This document shows positions 40,246-48,721 of a stretch of DNA of 64,000 nucleotides, in pieces; positions within the stretch are counted from its first letter, which is position 1; each line of letters opens with the position of its first letter. Source of the stretch: Cyanobacteriota bacterium (GTDB taxonomy: Bacteria > Cyanobacteriota > Cyanobacteriia > Thermostichales > Thermostichaceae); the NCBI GenBank assembly GCA_033764955.1, contig JANRIL010000031.1, forward strand, positions 1-64,000, given 5' to 3'. The notes below the pieces were generated by a model. It made no database searches. It was not told the origin of the DNA and saw only the letters and a list, made by a program, of their open reading frames with translations. Both the position numbers and the translations under genes were made by a program.

Positions 40246-43079
40246 AGTTCGGCTGGATCTACTCCGTCCGGGGCAAGTGGCATCAGTAAGCGCGTAATAT
40301 TTCGCCCGTCTTGGGCTTGATAAAAGGTTAACTGTCCACCCATGCGATGGATGACCCGCTGACAGAGGCTCAGTTCTTGACCGGGGCTAAGTTTCAGGAT
40401 AGAAGGAGCCAACGGATCCGCATAAACTACCATTTCGGGATCCAACTGCAACGCCTGCATCAAGGCGGGATCAAACTCCCCCCCATCCGCCAGCACTAGC
40501 TCCAAAAAGCCCGAATTATCCTGATTCCAGATCTCCAGCCGTCCTTCTTCCGGGCTACGGAGTGCTGCCGCTGTCAAGATTTCGTAAAGCACCATTTCCA
40601 GCCGCCCCGGATCCCCCAGGATCGCCACTCCGGTATCCCCATGCACCCGCGGCCAGAGCTTGCGTTTTTGTACCAAACTTTCTAGGCGGCGTAGGGTGCG
40701 GCGGATCAGGGAGGCCACCGGCACGGAAACCCGTTCGGGATCCGGTTGCCAGCTTTCTGCTTTTAACAGGTGTTGGTTAGGAATCGTTAGATCCCGCAAA
40801 CTACGGGCAATATCCACAACTTTTTGCCAACGGGAGTGCTCATCCCCTGGAGTTTCCTGTACTTGGCCAAGGCGCTTCAGGTTGTCCATCAGGGAGGCTT
40901 GATAGTCGAACAGTCGCCGATGTTTGTACCAATTCAGTTCGGTGAGAGCCTCACTTCGCTGCATGAGGGTTTGGCTCCACAGCAGGCGTTGGAGGGCGGC
41001 ACTGGTGATGCTAGCTAAAAGCGCCACCGCTGCTCGTTCCTCCGGCTCCCAGACATGTCCGGCCTCTGCTCCCAAAACCAGTACCCCTTGCGAGCCAATG
41101 TTCATGCCCAACACCCGCCCCAGTCCGGCGGCACTCAACCAACCACGGGTGGCTGAGGTCAGTTGCTCCACCCCAAAATCTTGGGGTTCCGAGGCATGGA
41201 GGCAGTGCCCAATTAAGGGATCCCGCAGCAGATCCACCTCTGTTCCCGCCACCAGCTTAAAGTCAGCACTGGTGCTAAAGGGATCCTGCACATAGCCCTT
41301 GGGATCCCCCGGCTGCCACACCACCGCCACCCCCAAAGAGGCTCCCAACAACTGAGCCGCTCCCTGAGCAAGGGTGGCATAAAGTTCGGCGGGCGTGGTT
41401 AGGCTTTGCAGAAAGAGGGCATTTTGAATCAAACCATCCAGGAGTTGAGCCTGCTGCTGTTGCAGTTGGGTGAGATTGGATTGACGGAGGGCTAAGCCGA
41501 TTTGTTGCGCCACCGCCCGCACCAGTTGTCGCTCCTCTCGTCCCCACGCACGCAACTGTTGGTGGGTCACCAAAATAGCCCCATCAATGGGTTGACTGGT
41601 GGGCTGATCCTCCGTTCCCGTCTGAGCCAGCAGGACGGAACGCGCCCCGGTTTCGGTTAATTCCTGTCGCCACGACAGTAGCCGCAGATCTTGGTTGTAG
41701 TTCTCCGCTACCACCGCATCCATCCGCATCAAATCCTCCCAATCCTGGGGGCTAAGAGATGCAAAGCGCTTGGGAAAGGGCTTTTTGCCTTCGTTACGGT
41801 GTTCGTGAAAGAGGCGAAAGGTTTGGGAGGTGGGATCAAACAGCAAAATGCCACAGGCGGAGGCATGTAATCGCTGGCAAATTTCCACCGCCACCTGTTG
41901 CAGGATCTGCACCAAATCCATTTGGGCATAGATGGCTCGGTTAATCTGGGCGATCAAGGCTTGGTGACCTTGCACCTGCTGAATCTTGATCTCCAGTTGA
42001 TCGAGAGGAGCGGCTAAGCTCAGCCAATTGGCAGCCCCAGCGATCATCTGCCGTTCCACATCCGGCCAAGGACGAGGCACCTCTGACTCAACACTGATAA
42101 ATCCCATCAAATCTCCCGCCAGCACAATCGGAGCGGCCAAAATCGCTTGGGCACGCAATTGTTGCATCAACTTAGGAGTCACTTCAGAGCGGGTAGTCCC
42201 CATGGCTTCCGCCGCTGCCACCACCTGTCCATCCGCCAGGGTATAGTACATATCCCCCAGATCGCGGGTGGTCAAGATGTGGCTAGATTTTGCATCATTG
42301 GCGGGGGATCCCTTACCCTTTCCCAAATTGGGGGGAAGATTTACCGCCCCCTTCCCGGCTAGGGGTGAACCTCCCCAGCGCAGGACAAACTGCATATTTT
42401 CCCGTTCAAACCAATACACCCGCACCCGTCCCACACCCATGAAGGTTTGCAACTGGTTGATCACCGCCTCCACCCGTTCATCCAAGGTGGGCAGATCCCG
42501 CATGGCAGTGCCCAACGTGATTAAGGGATCATCCACCCGCCGCTCGGTTTGCTGCTTCCACATGGTTTCCAGTTGTTGCAGGGAGGCGGACAGTTGTCCT
42601 AAGAGGATCCCCAGGAGGGCTTTTTCTTCGTCGCTGGTGGTGATCCCCCACACCTGGGATCCCAACATCAGCACCCCTTGACAGCGCCGTTGCCCCCGCA
42701 TCGGATAGATCAAACAGCCTTGAATACCCCCCAGTCGCTTGGCTTCCCGTTGCCAGATGCCCATGCGGGGTTCCTGCGACATATCCGGCAGACTAATCGG
42801 TCGCTGCTCAATCACCACCTGTTCCATGATTTCCCCCGGTTGCAGGGGAAAAGCCGCCTGTAAGATGGAGCCATCCTCCAAGAGGGTAACCCCCCCTTGT
42901 CCCACAAGCTGATGGTTGGCATAGTCATAGATGGCTAACCAAATCAGGGGAGCCACAAAAATATTGCGGATGTAGTCGAGGGTTAGCTCAATCAAAATTT
43001 TGGCATCGGTTTGCTCACGCATTTGTTGCAAGACCGTTTGCAGAGCCACCAAGGGTTTGTCAGCGATGGATTGAACCAT
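40242..43079 (-). CDS. Multi-GAF sensor with degenerate histidine-kinase-like C-terminus
   Basis: Repeated GAF endings (PRPW..E, RAW..EE..L..AVAQQIG); HATPase-like tail ...RMGGQL. Confidence 0.8.
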   Translation of the reverse strand: MVQSIADKPLVALQTVLQQMREQTDAKILIELTLDYIRNIFVAPLIWLAIYDYANHQLVGQGGVTLLEDGSILQAAFPLQPGEIMEQVVIEQRPISLPDMSQEPRMGIWQREAKRLGGIQGCLIYPMRGQRRCQGVLMLGSQVWGITTSDEEKALLGILLGQLSASLQQLETMWKQQTERRVDDPLITLGTAMRDLPTLDERVEAVINQLQTFMGVGRVRVYWFERENMQFVLRWGGSPLAGKGAVNLPPNLGKGKGSPANDAKSSHILTTRDLGDMYYTLADGQVVAAAEAMGTTRSEVTPKLMQQLRAQAILAAPIVLAGDLMGFISVESEVPRPWPDVERQMIAGAANWLSLAAPLDQLEIKIQQVQGHQALIAQINRAIYAQMDLVQILQQVAVEICQRLHASACGILLFDPTSQTFRLFHEHRNEGKKPFPKRFASLSPQDWEDLMRMDAVVAENYNQDLRLLSWRQELTETGARSVLLAQTGTEDQPTSQPIDGAILVTHQQLRAWGREERQLVRAVAQQIGLALRQSNLTQLQQQQAQLLDGLIQNALFLQSLTTPAELYATLAQGAAQLLGASLGVAVVWQPGDPKGYVQDPFSTSADFKLVAGTEVDLLRDPLIGHCLHASEPQDFGVEQLTSATRGWLSAAGLGRVLGMNIGSQGVLVLGAEAGHVWEPEERAAVALLASITSAALQRLLWSQTLMQRSEALTELNWYKHRRLFDYQASLMDNLKRLGQVQETPGDEHSRWQKVVDIARSLRDLTIPNQHLLKAESWQPDPERVSVPVASLIRRTLRRLESLVQKRKLWPRVHGDTGVAILGDPGRLEMVLYEILTAAALRSPEEGRLEIWNQDNSGFLELVLADGGEFDPALMQALQLDPEMVVYADPLAPSILKLSPGQELSLCQRVIHRMGGQLTFYQAQDGRNITRLLMPLAPDGVDPAEL

Positions 43080-43192
43080 AGGAAATCGAGGCGGGAGAGG
43101 GAGTGGGGGTGGGCTTCGTCGAGGCAAGGGCTGTCTCGTTTAGAAAGCCCTAAGCTTTAAGGTTAGCCTGAGTTTTTTGGGATTGCTGCCCT

Positions 43193-43852
43193 CTATTCTG
43201 TGATCGCTAACAATTCGTTGGCGAGTTCCAGAAAAAGATCCCGGTCAAGATAGGAAATATCCCCCACCCATTCCCCTAACTTGACCACATAAACTTCTGT
43301 CAAAACGGCACGGCGTTCTAAATCTCGAGAATAAGCTTTCACCAACCCAATCACCGATTGCCGCTTGACAATGCCATTGTAGCGGGGCATGTCTCTCGCC
43401 CGCACGCGGTAGGTTAAGCCTGTTTCATCCCCCACTTCCATCTCAAATTGTCGCTCCCGCACCTCCTCGATATAAAGCTCTCCATTCTCATCCAGTTTTT
43501 CCCGTTCCTCGATGACTACATTGACCCGACGAGTTCGCATCACTTGACCAAAAAAAATGCCCGCGTAGGGGATGTCTCGGAAGGCCAGGTTGCGGCGGGA
43601 AATCACAAAAACAGGTCCCCACAAAAACGGATAGAGCAGGGAGAGGATGCCAATCAGGAAGAATACCAGGCCAAAAAAGTTGTTGTCTCCAAAAGGACGA
43701 GACACGATTAAACAGGCTACTCCCACCAGAATGGCGGTGATAATCCGTCCGGTTGAATTGAGGGCATCACTCCAATAGTTGCTGTATTGAATGCGGGTCG
43801 GCACAATCGGAATCACCGACTGGGCTTCTTCGGGGGTTAGCTCCAGCAGCAT
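43193..43852 (-). CDS. Conserved cyanobacterial membrane protein
   Basis: Two TM helices, LWGPV..SRRN, EVGDETG. Confidence 0.7.
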   Translation of the reverse strand: MLLELTPEEAQSVIPIVPTRIQYSNYWSDALNSTGRIITAILVGVACLIVSRPFGDNNFFGLVFFLIGILSLLYPFLWGPVFVISRRNLAFRDIPYAGIFFGQVMRTRRVNVVIEEREKLDENGELYIEEVRERQFEMEVGDETGLTYRVRARDMPRYNGIVKRQSVIGLVKAYSRDLERRAVLTEVYVVKLGEWVGDISYLDRDLFLELANELLAITE

Positions 43853-44054
43853 AATGGGTGCTCACTTGAGGATCCATAAATTTACGCCTATACGCTCAGC
43901 CCTGCCCTTAAAATTGAGCAGGTATGCGGGGCAGACTCCACCCTCTCATCAGGGAGAGAACAGGTCAAGGGGATGCTCCCAGCCTTGATGGCTATCTCTC
44001 AAGACCCATCCCTCAAGGCTCATTGTTCAACGGCAATATCTCACAGTTTTTGGG

Positions 44055-44639
44055 GTGCTTATCGTGACAAGTCTTTCGGATCCGCCAGCTTCTGACCAAC
44101 CCAGCCGCCTCTATTATGCCGTGCGGGGATCCCGGCGGACCAGCGTTTATTTTTGGGCGATCGCTCTGACGGGGGGCAGTCTGGGTTTCACGCTGGCCGG
44201 AATTTCTAGCTATCTGGGTCAAAACCTCTTGCCCTTTACTGAAACCGCCAATCTGATCTTTATTCCCCAAGGGATCACGATGCTGTTTTATGGTCTGGCG
44301 GGATCCCTAGCGGGTCTATATCAGTGGTTGAGCCTCTATTGGGATCTAGGGGGCGGCTATAACCAGTTTGATCGGGTGACGGGCAAGGTGGAAATCCTGC
44401 GGCGCGGTTTCCCCGGCAAGGATCGACAGGTGAAGCTGGTTTATGACTTTGCGGATGTGCAAAATGTGCGGGTGGAGTTGAAGGAGGGCTTAAACCCCAA
44501 ACGAGCCATTTATTTGCGGGTGAAAGGTCGCGGTGATATTCCCCTTACCCCTGTGGGGCAGCCTGCTGCTTTGGCGGATATAGAGAACCAAGCCGCCGAG
44601 ATTGCTCGCTTTTTGAATGTCAGTCTGGAAGGAATTTAA
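44055..44639 (+). CDS. ycf4: Photosystem I assembly protein Ycf4
   Basis: GSRR.S.YFWA, PQGITMLFYG, GGGYNQFD, GFPGK.R, EGLNP.R, PLT; start uncertain. Confidence 0.95.
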   Translation: MLIVTSLSDPPASDQPSRLYYAVRGSRRTSVYFWAIALTGGSLGFTLAGISSYLGQNLLPFTETANLIFIPQGITMLFYGLAGSLAGLYQWLSLYWDLGGGYNQFDRVTGKVEILRRGFPGKDRQVKLVYDFADVQNVRVELKEGLNPKRAIYLRVKGRGDIPLTPVGQPAALADIENQAAEIARFLNVSLEGI

Positions 44640-44796
44640 GGTTGGGTTGCCCCAGGATCCCGAGTCTTGAGGGGGGGAGGAAGTCTGGGTTAAGAGGAGG
44701 CAAGAGTTAAGGGAGCGTTATTCTGGGAGAGGTGAGGGATCCCTCACCATATCTGAGACTATTTGAGAACACCTGAGTTTGATATCTCAGGCTGTA

Positions 44797-44844
44797 TGGA
44801 CGGGATCTTTTATCCTTCACGTCCACTGCTGCGAATGGTTAGGA
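44797..44844 (-). other. Degenerate (left-half) integron attC-like site
   Basis: Minus strand TCCTAAC-CATT-CGCAGCAG-TGGACG...CGTCCA; the outer right arm and GTT core are missing. Confidence 0.45.
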
Positions 44845-44903
44845 AACGCAGACCCAGACAAGCCACCTCACTCACCTAGAACATTCTTGCCTGGGGATCC
44901 GAA

Positions 44904-44990
44904 CCCTAACGTTCGCGCTCGCCGGACGCAGATAATATTTGCAGATCAGCCAACCATTTAGGACGTTCCGGTGCAGCGCGGTTGTTAGCC
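44904..44990 (-). other. Integron attC recombination site
   Basis: Minus strand GGCTAAC AAC CGCGCTGCACCGGAACG...CGTCCGGCGAGCGCG AAC GTTAGGG: R'' and R' cores, complementary L arms with unpaired bases, 87 bp, 6 nt after the stop of the upstream ORF. Confidence 0.8.
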
Positions 44991-45873
44991 TGCTGATCAC
45001 CGCATCCTTGCATACATACTCTCAACCTCTTTATCATATATTTTTGACAAGACACTTTTGGGAGAAGCTAGTTCTACAAGACTACGTACATCAATAAGTA
45101 ATTCTCCAGAATCTCTCAAAAAAAAACCAACAGGAATTTTTGGAAAATTCTTATCATTCACGAAGATCATAAAACGATGCCCCCAAATCATAAAGCTTTG
45201 AACAGTGAATATTTGATCGTATTTCCTAGGGGGAAATCCTATGATCATGCCTGGATGAAAAACTTTATCAAGTTCATATCTCGAAACCATAATTGGATAG
45301 TTTTTTTCGCCTGGAACATCCTCATCAAATAACTTTTGTCTTAATTTCTCTTCATAAATACCCAAGCTATATGACTCAAAGAATGGGTCAGATGTTACAG
45401 ACATCCGCCACAAAATAGATAGAATTGCTAACTTAAATTCTTTGTACCAAATACCTTCGACCTTGAAGAGGTTTTCACCTATATGGTTTATGGTTAAAAA
45501 TTCACTCTTTTGATTCCCAATATCAATTAAATCTCTTTTTAGAGCTGACTCTCGTTTAGAAAATTTTTGCTCGCAACCTCCACAAAGCAATTTTTCTCGA
45601 AAACCTTTTCGAATAAATTTGAGTTCGGAATACTCCATAGAGATAGGCACTGCTCTATGTCTTTTATCATAAACACCTTCGTAAAATGCTTCTGATATGA
45701 TGTGAGATTCTCTCAAGTCATGTTTTTGTTGACAAAGCTTACAAACCATCATTTAGCTGTTTAACTCAATAATGCAGAACAGTTTATTTGTTTTTATAGT
45801 ATGGCTGAACTAAATCTGGGTACTCACTGATAACATTTAGGGACTGTCCTTATCCTGAGACAAAGCAGGCTAA
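44910..45873 (-). mobile_element. Integron gene cassette without integrase in the window (CALIN/solo cassette)
   Basis: Begins G|TTAGCCTGCT at 45874 (minus strand), perfectly complementary to AGCAGGCTAAC at the attC R''; single AT-rich ORF. Confidence 0.72.
44997..45752 (-). CDS. HNH endonuclease-like zinc-binding protein (cassette cargo)
   Basis: CKLC..SHII..LLCGGCEQKF pattern; very AT-rich. Confidence 0.6.
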   Translation of the reverse strand: MMVCKLCQQKHDLRESHIISEAFYEGVYDKRHRAVPISMEYSELKFIRKGFREKLLCGGCEQKFSKRESALKRDLIDIGNQKSEFLTINHIGENLFKVEGIWYKEFKLAILSILWRMSVTSDPFFESYSLGIYEEKLRQKLFDEDVPGEKNYPIMVSRYELDKVFHPGMIIGFPPRKYDQIFTVQSFMIWGHRFMIFVNDKNFPKIPVGFFLRDSGELLIDVRSLVELASPKSVLSKIYDKEVESMYARMR

Positions 45874-45940
45874 CAATTCCATAAGCTGCTACACCACTAC
45901 CCCTAGTGTGAGATTTTCACTAAATTTTCATAGATCACGA

Positions 45941-45967
45941 GAAAACTGGGGAGAGTCGTTTTCCCCA
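45941..45967 (-). terminator. Probable intrinsic terminator
   Basis: Minus strand TGGGGAAA-ACGAC-TCTCCCCA-GTTTTC downstream of the truncated glutaredoxin gene. Confidence 0.4.
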
Positions 45968-46036
45968 ATCCCTTATTTCCCTGATCGGGATGACTCCTCT
46001 ACCTGCACTTGTCCATGTCGGACATGATGCCGAGTT

Positions 46037-46198
46037 TCAGTGGGATCCCAGCTTGATGTCGGTAAACGGGATCCCTTTTTCGGTCAAGAGGTTGACGGCT
46101 CGCAGCCCCCAAGGACATTCATGGTCAGGCGTGGACATCCGATAAAGTTTTACCGTTGATCCAGTCGTTAAGGGGAAGGGGGTGATCAGAGTGGTCAT
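46037..46198 (-). pseudogene. Truncated glutaredoxin-domain (glutaredoxin/MauE-DoxX type) gene
   Basis: MTTLITPFPLTTGSTVKLYRMSTPDHECPWGLRAVNLLTEKGIPFTDIKLGSH*; AAGGAG RBS; ends at GGGATCCC 46042-46049. Confidence 0.7.
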
Positions 46199-46238
46199 GA
46201 GGTCGTCTCCTTAGACATCGGCTTTTGTTGATAAACCA

Positions 46239-46270
46239 ACCCTAGACGCTGTCGTAGACTCTAGAGTCAA
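46239..46270 (-). promoter_or_regulatory. MerR-type promoter for the glutaredoxin fragment
   Basis: TTGACT-N20-TAGGGT with imperfect dyad in the spacer. Confidence 0.65.
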
Positions 46271-46317
46271 GCGAAAAATGGCTTGAACCGCGGACAATAA
46301 TTTCCTTGGCTCATGGT

Positions 46318-46349
46318 TTGACCCTCTACCCGACTAGAGGGTTTATGCC
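46318..46349 (+). promoter_or_regulatory. MerR-type promoter/operator, divergent
   Basis: TTGACC-N20-TATGCC with perfect dyad ACCCTCTA-N6-TAGAGGGT (46321-46342). Confidence 0.75.
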
Positions 46350-46682
46350 GGATAGACTGCGTGGAAAATTCGCCATGACGGTAACAGCCCTCTTAAGTGG
46401 CTACAGTAAACAGTTCTGAACAGTTAATTTGCCGAAACATACCCAATTGGCAGAAATTAAATCAACGATTTAGACTTGCAATAGAGCACTTTAATCTAGC
46501 TTCAGGGAAGAGCTGTTCGATACAGCATCATGGTACAACTGGTTGCAGGCATGAAGCTGATTCTGCTAGGGTTTGCTGGTCTGTTTGCCTGAATCCAAAA
46601 TCGAACTGAACCCATTAATCTGAGAGAAAGTACAGCAGTTCAGGCTCTCTCATAAACTGTAGTAACCCGTGAGAATCATCCA

Positions 46683-48719
46683 TTGCGAGATCTTTTAGCC
46701 CCGCTACTGCCACCAGAACCGATTACGGATCCGGTCGCAATTTTTCTTGTCATCATCGCAATTATGCTGGTGGCCCCGTTGCTATTCGAGCGGTTTCGAT
46801 TGCCTGGTATTGTTGGTTTAATCCTGGCAGGAGTCGTGGTCGGACCGCATGGCTTTGGGGTTTTAGAGCGGGATAGCACGATTGTCCTCCTGGGGACCGT
46901 TGGACTGCTGTTTCTGATGTTTATGGCGGGGTTAGAAACCAGTCTGGATGACTTGAAATACAACGCTGATAAAGCCGTGATTTTTGGTTTGGCAACCTTT
47001 GCGGTGCCAATGGCGCTGGGTGTGGCAGCCATGATGCTGTTGGGCTATTCCTTCCTAGCTGCTGTTTTAGTGGCTTCCTGCTTTGCCTCGCATACCTTGC
47101 TGGCATTACCGATCGTTAGCAAACTGGGAATTATGCGATCGCAGGCTGTCACCGCTACCCTTGGTGGCACCTTAATTACGAATGTTTTAGCGTTGCTAGT
47201 ACTAGCAGTTGTCGTTAGAGCACATCAAGGAAATCTCACCCTCAGCTTTTGGCTGTTTCTAATTCCCTCTCTCAGCGTCTACACTGTGGCAACCCTCTGG
47301 GGTGTGCCTAGACTGGGGCGTTGGTTTTTCCGGCGCTTTGGGCATGACGAGGGTGCTGAGTTTACCTTTGTGGTCGCAGCGTTGTTTGTGGTGTCCTACG
47401 TTGCCAAACTGATTGAAATCGAACCCATCATCGGTGCATTTCTAGCAGGAATTGCAATTACTCAACTGATTCCCCAGATGAGTCCATTGATGAATCGAAT
47501 TCAATTTATTGGTAACACGCTGTTTGTGCCATTCTTCTTGATCTCTGTGGGGATGCTGGTCAATCCCTTGATTCTGTTTCAAGAACCTCGATCGCTGCTC
47601 ATCTCTGTCGTCATGGTGGGAGTAGCGCTGATTGCCAAGCTAGTCCCTGCCTGGGGTTCCAGCAAATTATTTCGCTTTGATTTCTCCAATATGATGGTCA
47701 TGTTTGGGCTATCCGTTGCCCAGGCTGCGTCAACCCTGGCAGCAATTACTGTTGCCTACAACATCAAGCTGGTGGATCAGCTCACGGTCAATGGCACGAT
47801 CGCTATGATTCTGGTGACCTGTCTTGCCTCTCCCTGGATCACAGACCGCTGGGGGCAGAAAGTGAACTCTAGTCCTACCCCTAGCTATCCATTGCAATTG
47901 GCTGATCCGGCTCATGCTCCTTCTCAGTATCGAATTTTGGTACCCATTGCAAATCCCAGTACGGAAGATAACCTGCTGCAACTTGCCTTGATTTTGGCAA
48001 AGAGTACCCATGGAATCTTGTTGCCGTTGCATGTATTGATCGACACCCATGGACCTATTTCAACTGAAGCCAAACTGCACCAAGAGCGGCTCTTGGCGGC
48101 GGCTGAAACGATTGCTCATGCTGCTGTGACTGCTGTGGAGCCGATCAGTCGGGTCGATGACTCAATTGATAAAGGTATTTTGAGAACAGCCCAAGAACGC
48201 AACGCTAACCTGATTATTTGTGGCTGGAAAGGGCATTCAAGCTATCAAGATAATTTCTTCGGCAGCGTCATCGATAACATTACTCGTCAGACTCCTGTTC
48301 CGATCCTGATTACTCGCTTTACTCACCCGATTCAGTCAACTCGGCGACTCTTTTTAACTATCTCCAATAGTGAAGCGACAATGCCCAGTTTCTGGCGAGC
48401 CCTGAGGCTTATGCAAACACTGGCTACTGAACTAAAAGCGTCTCTACAGATCTTGCAGGTTCTCCCGAATGCTCACTCAGCCAATGCAGCTCACGCCATT
48501 TCTAACTTAAGTGAGGAGGTGCCAGTTCAATACGTGCGCGGCAACTTTGTGAATCAAGTATCCCGCATTCTAGAGATAGACGATCTGCTGGTCTTAACCC
48601 ATCATTCCCGTTCAGAACCTTTCGGTATCCCCACGGTGGGAGCACTGCCCACAGCGATCGCCCATCAGCATCCCACCATCTCGATGATCATTGCCCATTT
48701 TCCTCAGCAGCGGATTTAG
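46683..48719 (+). CDS. CPA2 cation:proton antiporter with C-terminal USP-like domains
   Basis: LPGIVGLILAG, LMFMAGLET, ASHTLLA, IIGAFLAG, PFFLISVG; RILVPIANP USP start. Confidence 0.9.
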   Translation: MRDLLAPLLPPEPITDPVAIFLVIIAIMLVAPLLFERFRLPGIVGLILAGVVVGPHGFGVLERDSTIVLLGTVGLLFLMFMAGLETSLDDLKYNADKAVIFGLATFAVPMALGVAAMMLLGYSFLAAVLVASCFASHTLLALPIVSKLGIMRSQAVTATLGGTLITNVLALLVLAVVVRAHQGNLTLSFWLFLIPSLSVYTVATLWGVPRLGRWFFRRFGHDEGAEFTFVVAALFVVSYVAKLIEIEPIIGAFLAGIAITQLIPQMSPLMNRIQFIGNTLFVPFFLISVGMLVNPLILFQEPRSLLISVVMVGVALIAKLVPAWGSSKLFRFDFSNMMVMFGLSVAQAASTLAAITVAYNIKLVDQLTVNGTIAMILVTCLASPWITDRWGQKVNSSPTPSYPLQLADPAHAPSQYRILVPIANPSTEDNLLQLALILAKSTHGILLPLHVLIDTHGPISTEAKLHQERLLAAAETIAHAAVTAVEPISRVDDSIDKGILRTAQERNANLIICGWKGHSSYQDNFFGSVIDNITRQTPVPILITRFTHPIQSTRRLFLTISNSEATMPSFWRALRLMQTLATELKASLQILQVLPNAHSANAAHAISNLSEEVPVQYVRGNFVNQVSRILEIDDLLVLTHHSRSEPFGIPTVGALPTAIAHQHPTISMIIAHFPQQRI

Positions 48720-48721
48720 CT

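Noticed and set aside
44755..44792. GAGACTATTTGAGAA as an IS end
   Set aside because: No matching inverted end or transposase found in the window.
46397..46609. 70-aa ORF upstream of the antiporter
   Set aside because: No RBS or motif; begins at the inferred insertion junction.
46560..46680. c-di-AMP (ydaO) riboswitch suggested by CTGAATCC
   Set aside because: The other conserved blocks, including CCCGTCAGCTAAC, are absent.
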